Source: Eledone cirrhosa (lineage: Eukaryota). Taken from it: 64,000 nucleotides of DNA. The notes under the pieces are model-generated. The model was not told where the DNA came from. It saw only the letters and a list, made by a program, of their open reading frames with translations, and made no database searches. This document shows, piece after piece, positions 22,178 to 33,400 of the stretch. The stretch lies in NCBI GenBank assembly GCA_964016885.1, contig OZ024744.1:130510001-130574000 (forward strand). Direction: 5' to 3'. How positions within the stretch are numbered: the first letter of the stretch is position 1; each line of letters begins with the position of its first letter. Position numbers and translations under genes: made by a program.

Positions 22178-25100
22178 AGTCGGGGTTAAGTTAAGTTGGC
22201 GTTAAGTTAAGTTGGCGTTAAGTTAAGTTAGGCTTAACTTAAGTTGGGGTTCAGTTAAGTTGGGGGTAAGTTAAGTTGGGGTTAAGTTAAGTTAGGGTTA
22301 AGTTAAGTTGGGGTTGAGTTAAGTTGGGGTTAATTAAGTGGTGGTTATGTTAAGTTGGGGTTAAGTTAAGTTGGGGTTAATTTAAATTGGGGTTAAGTTA
22401 ACTTTGTGGTTAAGTTAAGTTGGGGTTAAGTTAAGTTGGGGTAAAGTTGGGGTTGAGTTAAGTTAGGGTTGAGTGAAGTTGGGGTTAAGTTAAGTTGGGG
22501 TTAAGTTAAGTTGGGGTTAAGATAAGTCGGGGTTAAGTTAATTTGTGGTTAAGTTAAGTTGGGGTTAAGTTAAGTTGGGGTTAAGTTAAGTTGGGGTTGA
22601 GTTAAGTTGGGGCTGAGTTAATTTGGGTTTAAGTTAAGTTGGGGTTAAGTTAAGTTGGGTTTAAGTTAAGTTGGGGTTAAATTAAGTTGGGGTTAAATTA
22701 AGTTGGGGTTAAGTTAAGTTGGGGGTAAGTTAAGTTGGGGGCAAGTTAAGTTGGGGTTAATTTAAGTTGGGGTTAAGTTAAGTTGGGGTTACGTTAAGTT
22801 GGTGTTAAGTTAAGTTGGGGTTAATTTAAGTTGGGGTTAAATAAGTTGGGGTTAAGTTAAGTGGGGTTAAGTTAAGTTGGGGTTAATTTAAGTTGGGGTT
22901 GAGTTAAGTTGGGGTTAAGTTAAGTTGGGGTTATATTAAGTTGGGGTTAAGTTAAGTTGGGGTTAAGTTAAGTTGGGGTTAAGTTAAGTTGGGGTTAAGT
23001 TAAGTTGAGGTTAAGTTAAGTTGGGGTTAAGTTAAGTTGGTGTTAAGTTAAGTTGGGGCTAAGTTAAGTTGGGGCTGAGTTAAGTTGGGGCTGAGTTAAG
23101 TTGGGGCTAAGTTAAGTTGGGGTTGAGTTAAGTTGGGGTTAAGTTGGGGTTAAGTTAAGTTAGGTTTAAGTTAAGTTGGGGTTAAGTTAAGTTGGGGTTA
23201 AGTTAAGTTGGGGTTAAGTTAAGTTGGGGTTAAGTTAAGTTGGGGTTAAGTTAAGTTGGGGTTAAGTTAATTTGTGGTAAAGTTAAGTTGTGGTTAAGTT
23301 AAGTTGGGGTTAAGTTAAGTTGGGGTTAAGTTAAGTCGGGGTTAAGTTAAGTTGGGGTTAAGTTAAGTTGGGGTTAATTTAAGTTGGGGTTAAGTTAAGT
23401 TGGGGTTAAGTTAAGTTGGGGTTAAGTTAAGTCGGGGTTAAGTTAAGTTGGGGTTAAGTTAAGTTGGGGTTAATTTAAGTTGGGGTTAAGTTAAGTTGGC
23501 GTTAAGTTAAGTTGGGGTTAAGTTAAGTTGGGGTTAAGTTAAGTTGGGGATAATTTAAGTTGGGGTTAAGTTAAGTTTGAGTTTAAGTTAAGTTGGGGTT
23601 AAGTTAAGTTGGGGTTAAGTTAAGTTGGGGTTAAGTTAAGTTGGTTAGTTAAGTTGAGTTTAAGTTAAGTTGGGGTTAATTTAAGTTGGGGTTAATTTAA
23701 GCTGGGGTTAAGTTAAGTTGGGGTTAAGTTAAGTTGGGGTTAATTTAAGTTGGGGTTAAGTTAAGTTGCGGGTAATTTAAGTTGGGGTTAAGTTAAGTTG
23801 GGGTTAAGTTAAGTTGGGGTTAAGTTAAGTTGGGGTTAAGTTAAGTTGGGGTTAAGTTAAGTTGGGGCTAATTTAAGTTGGGGCTGAGTTAAGTTGGGGT
23901 TAAGTTAAGTTGGGGTTAAGTTAAGTTGGGGTTAAGTTAAGTTGGGGTTAAGTTAAGTTGGGGTTTATTTAAGTTGGGGTTAAGTTAAGTTATGGTTCAG
24001 TTAAGTTGGGGTTAAGTTAAGTTGGGGTTGAGTTAAGTTGGGGTTGAGTTAAATTGGGGTTGAGTTAAGTTGGGGTTGAGTTAAGTTGGTGTTGAGTTAA
24101 GTTGGGGTTAAGTTAAGTTGGGGTTAAATTAAGTTGGGGTTAAATTAAGTTGGGGTTAAGTTAAGTTGGGGGTAAGTTAAGTTGGGGGCAAGTTAAGTTG
24201 GGGTTAATTTAAGTTGGTGTTAAATTAAGTTGGGGTTACGTTAAGTTGGTGTTAAGTTAAGTTGGGGTTAATTTAAGTTGGGGTTAATTAATGTTGGGGT
24301 TAAGTTAAGTTGGGGTTAAGTTAAGTTGGGGTTAAGTTAAGTTGAGGTTAAGTTAAGTTGGGGTTAAGTTAAGTTGGTGTTAAGTTAAGTTGGGGCTAAT
24401 TTAAGTTGGGGCTGAGTTAAGTTGGGGCTGAGTTAAGTTGGGGCTAAGTTAAGTTGGGGTTGAGTTAAGTTGGGGTTAAGTTGGGGTTAAGTTAAGTTAG
24501 GTTTAAGTTAAGTTGGGTTTAAGTTAAGTTGGGGTTAAGTTAAGTTGGGGTTAAGTTAAGTTGGGGTTAAGTTAAGTTGGGGTTAAGTTAAGTTGGGGTT
24601 AAGTTAAGTTGGGGTTAAGTTAAGTTGGGGTTAAGTTAAGTCGGGGTTAAGTTAAGTTGGGGTTAAGTTAAGTTGGGGTTAAGTTAAGTTGGGGTTAAGT
24701 TAAGTTGGGGTTAAGTTAAGTCGGGGTTAAGTTAAGTTGGGGTTAAGTTAAGTTGGGGTTAATTTAAGTTGGGGTTAAGTTAAGTTGGGGTTAAGTTAAG
24801 TTGGGGTTAAGTTAAGTTGGGGTTGAGTTAAGTTGGGGCTGAGTTAATTTGGGTTTAAGTTAAGTTGGGGTTAAGTTAAGTTGGGTTTAAGTTAAGTTGG
24901 GGTTAAATTAAGTTGGGGTTAAATTAAGTTGGGGTTAAGTTAAGTTGGGGGTAAGTTAAGTTGGGGGCAAGTTAAGTTGGGGTTAATTTAAGTTGGGGTT
25001 AAATTAAGTTGGGGTTACGTTAAGTTGGTGTTAAGTTAAGTTGGGGTTAATTTAAGTTGGGGTTAATTAAGTTGGGGTTAAGTTAAGTTGGGGTTAAGTT

Positions 25101-26836
25101 AAGTTGGGGTTAATTTAAGTTGGGGTTGAGTTAAGTTGGGGTTAAGTTAAGTTGGGGTTATATTAAGTTGGGGTTAAGTTAAGTTGGGGTTCAGTTAAGT
25201 TGGGGTTAAGTTAAGTTGGGGTTAAGTTAAGTTGAGGTTAAGTTAAGTTGGGGTTAAGTTAAGTTGGTGTTAAGTTAATTGGGGCTAAGTTAAGTTGGGG
25301 CTGAGTTAAGTTGGGGCTGAGTTAAGTTGGGGCTAAGTTAAGTTGGGGTTGAGTTAAGTTGGGGTTAAGTTGGGGTTAAGTTAAGTTAGGTTTAAGTTAA
25401 GTTGGGGTTAAGTTAAGTTGGGGTTAAGTTAAGTTGGGGTTAAGTTAAGTTGGGGTTAAGTTAAGTTGGGGTTAAGTTAAGTTGGGGTTAAGTTAAGTTG
25501 GGGTTAAGTTAATTTATGGTTAAGTTAAGTTGTGGTTAAGTTAAGTTGGTTAGTTAAGTTGAGTTTAAGTTAAGTTGGGGTTAAGTTAAGTTGGGGTTAA
25601 GTTAAGTTGGGGTTAAGTTAAGTCGGGGTTAAGTTAAGTTATGGTTCAGTTAAGTTGGGGTTAAGTTAAGTTGGGGTTGAGTTAAGTTGGGGTTGAGTTA
25701 AATTGGGGTTGAGTTAAGTTGGGGTTGAGTTAAGTTGGTGTTGAGTTAAGTTGGGGTTAAGTTAAGTTGGGGTTAAATTAAGTTGGGGTTAAATTAAGTT
25801 GGGGTTAAGTTAAGTTGGGGGTAAGTTAAGTTGGGGGCAAGTTAAGTTGGGGTTAATTTAAGTTGGGGTTAAATTAAGTTGGGGTTACGTTAAGTTGGTG
25901 TTAAGTTAAGTTGGGGTTAATTTAAGTTGGGGTTAATTAATGTTGGGGTTAAGTTAAGTTGGGGTTAAGTTAAGTTGGGGTTAAGTTAAGTTGAGGTTAA
26001 GTTAAGTTGGGGTTAAGTTAAGTTGGTGTTAAGTTAAGTTGGGGCTGAGTTAAGTTGGGGCTGAGTTAAGTTGGGGCTAAGTTAAGTTGGGGTTGAGTTA
26101 AGTTGGGGTTAAGTTGGGGTTAAGTTAAGTTAGGTTTAAGTTAAGTTGGGTTTAAGTTAAGTTGGGGTTAAGTTAAGTTGGGGTTAAGTTAAGTTGGGGT
26201 TAAGTTAAGTTGGGGTTAAGTTAAGTTGGGGTTAAGTTAAGTTGGGGTTAAGTTAAGTCGGGGTTAAGTTAAGTTGGGGTTAAGTTAAGTTGGGGTTAAG
26301 TTAAGTTGGGGTTAAGTTAAGTTGGGGTTAAGTTAAGTCGGGGTTAAGTTAAGTTGGGGTTTAGTTAAGTTGGGGTTAATTTAAGTTGGGGTTAAGTTAA
26401 GTTGGGGTTAAGTTAAGTTGGGGTTAAGTTAAGTTGGGGTTAAGTTAAGTTGGGGATAATTTAAGTTGGGGTTAAGTTAAGTTTGAGTTTAAGTTAAGTT
26501 GGGGTTAAGTTAAGTTGGGGTTAAGTTAAGTTGGGGTTAAGTTAAGTTGGTTAGTTAAGTTGAGTTTAAGTTAAGTTGGGGTTAATTTAAGTTGGGGTTA
26601 AGTTAAGCTGGGGTTAAGTTAAGTTGGGTTTAATTTAAGTTGGGGTTAATTTAAGTTGGGGTTAAGTTAAGTTGGGGTTAAGTTAAGTCGGGGTTAAGTT
26701 AAGTTGGGGTTAAGTTAAGTTGGGGTTAAGTTAAGTTGAGGTTAAGTTAAGTTGGTTAGTTAAGTTGAGTTTAAGTTAAGTTGGGGTTAATTTAAGTCGG
26801 GGTTAAGTTAAGTTGGGGTTAAGTTAAGTTGGGGTT

Positions 26837-27011
26837 AACCCCAACTTAACTTAACCCCAACTTCACTCAACCCCAACGTAACTCAACCCCAACTTAACTT
26901 AACCCCAACTTCACTCAACCCCAACTTAACTTAACCCCAACTTCACTCAACCCCAACTTCCAACTTGACTTAACCCCAACTTAACTTAGCCCCAACTTAA
27001 CTTAAGCCCAA
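26837..27011 (-). repeat. Inverted satellite island, allele B, copy 7
   Basis: Same 175-bp C-rich sequence and the same flanks. Confidence 0.97.
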
Positions 27012-30000
27012 AGTCGGGGTTAAGTTAAGTTGGCGTTAAGTTAAGTTGGCGTTAAGTTAAGTTAGGCTTAACTTAAGTTGGGGTTCAGTTAAGTTGGGGG
27101 TAAGTTAAGTTGGGGTTAAGTTAAGTTAGGGTTAAGTTAAGTTGGGGTTGAGTTAAGTTGGGGTTAATTAAGTGGTGGTTATCTTAAGTTGGGGTTAAGT
27201 TAAGTTGGGGTTAATTTAAATTGGGGTTAAGTTAACTTTGTGGTTAAGTTAAGTTGGGGTTAAGTTAAGTTGGGGTAAAGTTGGGGTTGAGTTAAGTTGG
27301 GGTTGAGTGAAGTTGGGGTTAAGTTAAGTTGGGGTTAAGTTAAGTTGGGGTTAAGATAAGTCGGGGTTAAGTTAAGTTGTGGTTGAGTTAAGTTGGGGTT
27401 AATTTAAGTTGGGGCTAAGTTAATTTGTGGTTAAGTTAAGTTGGGGTTAAGTTAAGTTGGGGTTAAGTTAAGTTGGGGTTGAGTTAAGTTGGGGCTGAGT
27501 TAATTTGGGTTTAAGTTAAGTTGGGGGTAAGTTAAGTTGGGGGCAAGTTAAGTTGGGGTTAATTTAAGTTGGGGTTAAATTAAGTTGGGGTTACGTTAAG
27601 TTGGTGTTAAGTTAAGTTGGGGTTAATTTAAGTTGGGGTTAATTTAAGTTGGGGTTAATTAAGTTGGGGTTAAGTTAAGTTGGGGTTAAGTTAAGTTGGG
27701 GTTAATTTAAGTTGGGGTTGAGTTAAGTTGGGGTTAAGTTAAGTTGGGGTTATATTAAGTTGGGGTTAAGTTAAGTTGGGGTTAAGTTAAGTTGGGGTTA
27801 AGTTAAGTTGGGGTTAAGTTAAGTTGAGGTTAAGTTAAGTTGGGGTTAAGTTAAGTTGGTGTTAAGTTAAGTTGGGGCTAAGTTAAGTTGGGGCTGAGTT
27901 AAGTTGGGGCTGAGTTAAGTTGGGGCTAAGTTAAGTTGGGGTTGAGTTAAGTTGGGGTTAAGTTGGGGTTAAGTTAAGTTAGGTTTAAGTTAAGTTGGTG
28001 TTAAGTTAAGTTGGGGTTAAGTTAAGTTGGGGTTAAGTTAAGTTGGGGTTAAGTTAAGTTGGGGTTAAGTTAAGTTGGGGTTAAGTTAATTTGTGGTAAA
28101 GTTAAGTTGTGGTTAAGTTAAGTTGGGGTTAAGTTAAGTTGGGGTTAAGTTAAGTCGGGGTTAAGTTAAGTTGGGGTTAAGTTAAGTTGGGGTTAATTTA
28201 AGTTGGGGTTAAGTTAAGTTGGGGTTAAGTTAAGTTGGGGTTAAGCTAAGTCGGGGTTAAGTTAAGTTGGGGTTAAGTTAAGTTGGGGTTAATTTAAGTT
28301 GGGGTTAAGTTAAGTTGGGGTTAAGTTAAGTTGGGGTTAAGTTAAGTTGGGGTTAAGTTAAGTTGGGGATAATTTAAGTTGGGGTTAAGTTAAGTTTGAG
28401 TTTAAGTTAAGTTGGGGTTAAGTTAAGTTGGGGTTAAGTTAAGTTGGGGTTAAGTTAAGTTGGTTAGTTAAGTTGAGTTTAAGTTAAGTTTGGGTTAATT
28501 TAAGTTGGGGTTAATTTAAGCTGGGGTTAAGTTAAGTTGGGGTTAAGCTAAGTTGGGGTTAATTTAAGTTGGGGTTAAGTTAAGTTGCGGGTAATTTAAG
28601 TTGGGGTTAAGTTAAGTTGGGGTTAAGTTAAGTTGGGGTTAAGTTAAGTTGGGGTTAAGTTAATTGGGGTTAAGTTAAATTGGGGCTAATTTAAGTTGGG
28701 GCTGAGTTAAGTTGGGGTTAAGTTAAGTTGGGGTTAAGTTAAGTTGGGGTTAAGTTAAGTTGGGGTTAAGTTAAGTTGGGGTTTATTTAAGTTGGGGTTA
28801 AGTTAAGTTGGGGTTCAGTTAAGTTGGGGTTCAGTTAAGTTGGGGTTCAGTTAAGTTGGGGTTAAAATGGGGTTAAATTACGTTGGAGTTAAGTTAAGTT
28901 GGGGTTAAGTTGGGGTTAAGTTGGGGTTAAGTTAAGTTAGGTTTAAGTTAAGTTGGGGTTAAGTTAAGTTGGGGTTAAGTTAAGTTGTGGTTAAGTTAAG
29001 TTGGGGTTAAGTTAAGTTGGGGTTAAGTTAAGTCGGGGTTAAGTTAAGTTGGGGTTAAGTTAAGTTGGGGTTAATTTAAGTTGGGGTTAAGTTAAGTTGG
29101 GGTTAAGTTAAGTTGGGGTTAAGTTAATTGGGGTTAAGTTAAGTTGGGGTTAAGTTAAGTTGAGGTTAAGTTAAGTTGGGGTTAAATTAAGTTTGGGTTA
29201 AGTTAAGTTGGGGTTAAGTTAAGTTGGGGTTAAGTTAAGTTGGGGTAAGTTAAGTTGGGGATAATTTAAGTTGGGGTTAAGTTAAGTTGGGTTTAAGTTA
29301 AGTTGGGGTTAAGTTAAGTTGGGGTTAAGTTAAGTTGGGGTTAAGTTAAGTTGGGGTTAAGTTAAGTTGGGGCTAAGTTAAGTTGGGGCTGAGTTAAGTT
29401 GGGGTTAAGTTAAGTTGGGGTTAAGTTAAGTTGGGGTTAAGTTAAGTTGGGGTTAATTTAAGTTGAGGTTAAGTTAAGTTGGGGTTCAGTTAAGTTGGGG
29501 TTCAGTTAAGTTGGGGTTAAGTTAAGTTGGGGTTAAGATGGGGTTAAATTACGTTGGAGTTAAGTTAAGTTGGGGTTAAGTTAAGTTGGGGTTAAGTTAA
29601 GTTGGGGTTAAGTTAAGTCGGGGTTAATTTAAGTCGGGGTTAAGTTAAGTTAGGGTTCAGTTAAGTTGGGGTTAAGTTAAGTTGGGGTTGAGTTAAGTTG
29701 GGGTTGAGTTAAATTGGGGTTGAGTTAAGTTGGGGTTGAGTTAAGTTGGTGTTGAGTTAAGTTGGGGTTAAGTTAATTTGTGGTTCAGTTAAGTTGTGGT
29801 TAAGTTAAGTTGGGGTTAAGTTAAGTTGGGGTTAAGTTAAGTCGGGGTTATGTTAAGTTGGGGTTAAGTTAAGTTGGGGTTAATTTAAGTTGGGGATAAT
29901 TTAAGTTGGGGTTAAGTTAAGTTGGGTTTAAGTTAAGTTGGGGTTAAGTTAAGTTGGGGATAAGTTAAGTTGGGGTTAAGTTAAGTTGGGGTTAAGTTAA

Positions 30001-30499
30001 GTTGGGGTTAAGTTAAGTTGGGGCTAAGTTAAGTTGGGGCTGAGTTAAGTTGGGGTTAAGTTAAGTTGGGGTTAAGTTAAGTTGGGGTTAATTTAAGTTG
30101 GGGTTTATTTAAGTTGGGGTTAAGTTAAGTTGGGGTTCAGTTAAGTTGGGGTTAAGTTAAGTTGGGGTTAAGATGGGGTTAAATTAAGTTGGGGTTAAGT
30201 TAAGTTGGGGTTAAGTTAAGTTGGGGTTAAGTTAAGTTGGGGTTAAGTTAAGTCGGGGTTAAGTTAAGTCGGGGTTAAGTTAAGTTAGGGGTAAGTTAAG
30301 TTGGGGGCAAGTTAAGTTGGGGTTAATTTAAGTTGGGGTTAAATTAAGTTGGGGTTAAGTTAAGTTGCTGTTAAGTTAAGTTGGGGTTAATTTAAGTTGG
30401 GGTTAATTAAGTTGGGGTTAAGTTAAGTTGGGGTTAAGTTAAGTTGGGGTTAATTTAAGTTGGGGTTGAGTTAAGTTGGGGTTAAGTTAAGTTGGGGTT

Positions 30500-33400
30500 C
30501 AGTTAAGTTGGGGTTAAGTTAAGTTGGTGTTAAGTTAAGTTGGGGCTAAGTTAAGTTGGGGCTGAGTTAAGTTGGGGCTGAGTTAAGTTGGGGCTAAGTT
30601 AAGTTGGGGTTGAGTTAAGTTGGGGTTAAGTTGGGGTTAAGTTAAGTTAGGTTTAAGTTAAGTTGGGGTTAAGTTAAGTTGGGGTTAAGTTAAGTTGGGG
30701 TTAAGTTAAGTTGGGGTTAAGTTAAGTTGGGGTTAAGTTAAGTTGGGGTTAAGTTAATTTGTGGTTAAGTTAAGTTGTGGTTAAGTTAAGTTGGGGTTAA
30801 GTTAAGTTGGGGTTAAGTTAAGTCGGGGTTAAGTTAAGTTGGGGTTAAGTTAAGTTGGGGTTAATTTAAGTTGGGGTTAAGTTAAGTTGGGGTTAAGTTA
30901 AGTTGGGGTTAAGTTAAGTCGGGGTTAAGTTAAGTTGGGGTTAAGTTAAGTTGGGGTTAAGTTAAGTTGGTTAGTTAAGTTGAGTTTAAGTTAAGTTGGG
31001 GTTAATTTAAGTTGGGGTTAAGTTAAGCTGGGGTTAAGTTAAGTTGGGGTTAAGTTAAGTTGGGGTTAATTTAAGTTGGGGTTAAGTTAAGTTGCGGGTA
31101 ATTTAAGTTGGGGTTAAGTTAAGTTGGGGTTAAGTTAAGTTGGGGTTAAGTTAAGTTGGGGTTAAGTTAATTTGGGGTTAAGTTAAGTTGGGGCTAATTT
31201 AAGTTGGGGCTGAGTTAAGTTGGGGTTAAGTTAAGCTGGGGTTAAGTTAAGTTGGGGTTAAGTTAAGTTAGGGTTTATTTAAGTTGGGGTTAAGTTAAGT
31301 TGGGGTTCAGTTAAGTTGGGGTTCAGTTAAGTTGGGGTTAAGTTAAGTTGGGGTTAATTTAAGTTGGGGTTAAGTTAAGCTGGGGTTAAGTTAAGTTGGG
31401 GTTAAGTTAAGTTGGGGTTAATTTAAGTTGGGGTTAAGTTAAGTTGGGGTTAAGTTAAGTTGGGGTTAAGTTAAGTTGGGGTTAAGTTAAGTTGGGGATA
31501 ATTTAAGTTGGGGTTAAGTTAAGTTTGAGTTTAAGTTAAGTTGGGGTTAAGTTAAGTTGGGGTTAAGTTAAGTTGGGGTTAAGTTAAGTTGGTTAGTTAA
31601 GTTGAGTTTAAGTTAAGTTTGGGTTAATTTAAGTTGGGGTTAATTTAAGCTGGGGTTAAGTTAAGTTGGGGTTAAGTTAAGTTGGGGTTAATTTAAGTTG
31701 GGGTTAAGTTAAGTTGGGGTTAAGTTAAGTTGGGGTTAAGTTAAGTTGGGGTTAAGTTAAGTTGGGGTTCAGTTAAGTTGGGGTTCAGTTAAGTTGGGGT
31801 TAAGTTAAGTTGGGGTTAAGATGGGGTTAAATTACGTTGGAGTTAAGTTAAGTTGGGGTTAAGTTAAGTTGGGGTTAAGTTAATTGGGGTTAAGTTAAGT
31901 TGGGGTTAAGTTAAGTTGAGGTTAAGTTAAGTTGGGGTTAAATTAAGTTTGGGTTAAGTTAAGTTGGGGTTAAGTTAAGTTGGGGTTAAGTTAAGTTGGG
32001 GTAAGTTAAGTTGGGGATAATTTAAGTTGGGGTTAAGTTAAGTTGGGTTTAAGTTAAGTTGGGGTTAAGTTAAGTTGGGGTTAAGTTAAGTTGGGGTTAA
32101 GTTAAGTTGGGGTTAAGTTAAGTTGGGGCTAACTTAAGTTGGGGCTGAGTTAAGTTGGGGTTAAGTTAAGTTGGGGTTAAGTTAAGTTGGGGTTAAGTTA
32201 AGTTGGGGTTAATTTAAGTTGAGGTTAAGTTAAGTTGGGGTTCAGTTAAGTTGGGGTTCAGTTAAGTTGGGGTTAAGTTAAGTTGGGGTTAAGATGGGGT
32301 TAAATTACGTTGGAGTTAAGTTAAGTTGGGGTTAAGTTAAGTTGGGGTTAAGTTAAGTTGGGGTTAAGTTAAGTCGGGGTTAATTTAAGTCGGGGTTAAG
32401 TTAAGTTAGGGTTCAGTTAAGTTGGGGTTAAGTTAAGTTGGGGTTGAGTTAAGTTGGGATTGAGTTAAATTGGGGTTGAGTTAAGTTGGGGTTGAGTTAA
32501 GTTGGTGTTGAGTTAAGTTGGGGTTAAGTTAAATTGAGGTTAAGTTAAGTTGCAGTTAAGTTAAGTTGAGGTTAAGTTAAGGTGCGGTTAAGTTAAGTTG
32601 GGGTTAAGTTAAGTTGGGGTTAAGTTAAGTTGGGGTTAAGTTAAGTTGGGGTTAAGTTAAGTTGGGGTTAAGTTAATTTGTGGTTCAGTTAAGTTGTGGT
32701 TAAGTTAAGTTGGGGTTAAGTTAAGTTGGGGTTAAGTTAAGTCGGGGTTAAGTTAAGTTGGGGTTAAGTTAAGTTGGGGTTAATTTAAGTTGGGGATAAT
32801 TTAAGTTGGGGTTAAGTTAAGTTGGGTTTAAGTTAAGTTGGGGTTAAGTTAAGTTGGGGATAAGTTAAGTTGGGGTTAAGTTAAGTTGGGGTTAAGTTAA
32901 GTTGGGGTTAAGTTAAGTTGGGGCTAAGTTAAGTTGGGGCTGAGTTAAGTTGGGGTTAAGTTAAGTTGGGGTTAAGTTAAGTTGGGGTTAATTTAAGTTG
33001 GGGTTTATTTAAGTTGGGGTTAAGTTAAGTTGGGGTTCAGTTAAGTTGGGGTTAAGTTAAGTTGGGGTTAAGATGGGGTTAAATTAAGTTGGGGTTAAGT
33101 TAAGTTGGGGTTAAGTTAAGTTGGGGTTAAGTTAAGTTGGGGTTAAGTTAAGTCGGGGTTAAGTTAAGTCGGGGTTAAGTTAAGTTAGGGGTAAGTTAAG
33201 TTGGGGGCAAGTTAAGTTGGGGTTAATTTAAGTTGGGGTTAAATTAAGTTGGGGTTAAGTTAAGTTGCTGTTAAGTTAAGTTGGGGTTAATTTAAGTTGG
33301 GGTTAATTAAGTTGGGGTTAAGTTAAGTTGGGGTTAAGTTAAGTTGGGGTTAATTTAAGTTGGGGTTGAGTTAAGTTGGGGTTAAGTTAAGTTGGGGTTA

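Larger units (their letters stand above)
4750..22540 (+). repeat. About three tandem copies of a ~6.0-kb higher-order repeat, each carrying two inverted islands
   Basis: The GGTGCTAAG marker C is at 6231, 12280 and 18300 (offsets 6049, 6020). Island starts are 7229/9886, 13185/15906 and 19282/22003. GTGATTGAG follows the first island of each pair. Boundaries are approximate. Confidence 0.88.

Noticed and set aside
7229-27011. Seven independent chromosome end-to-end fusion sites
   Set aside because: The junction polarity fits, but the identical length, internal scar and flanks show a single event that was later amplified, and the C-rich tract is very short.
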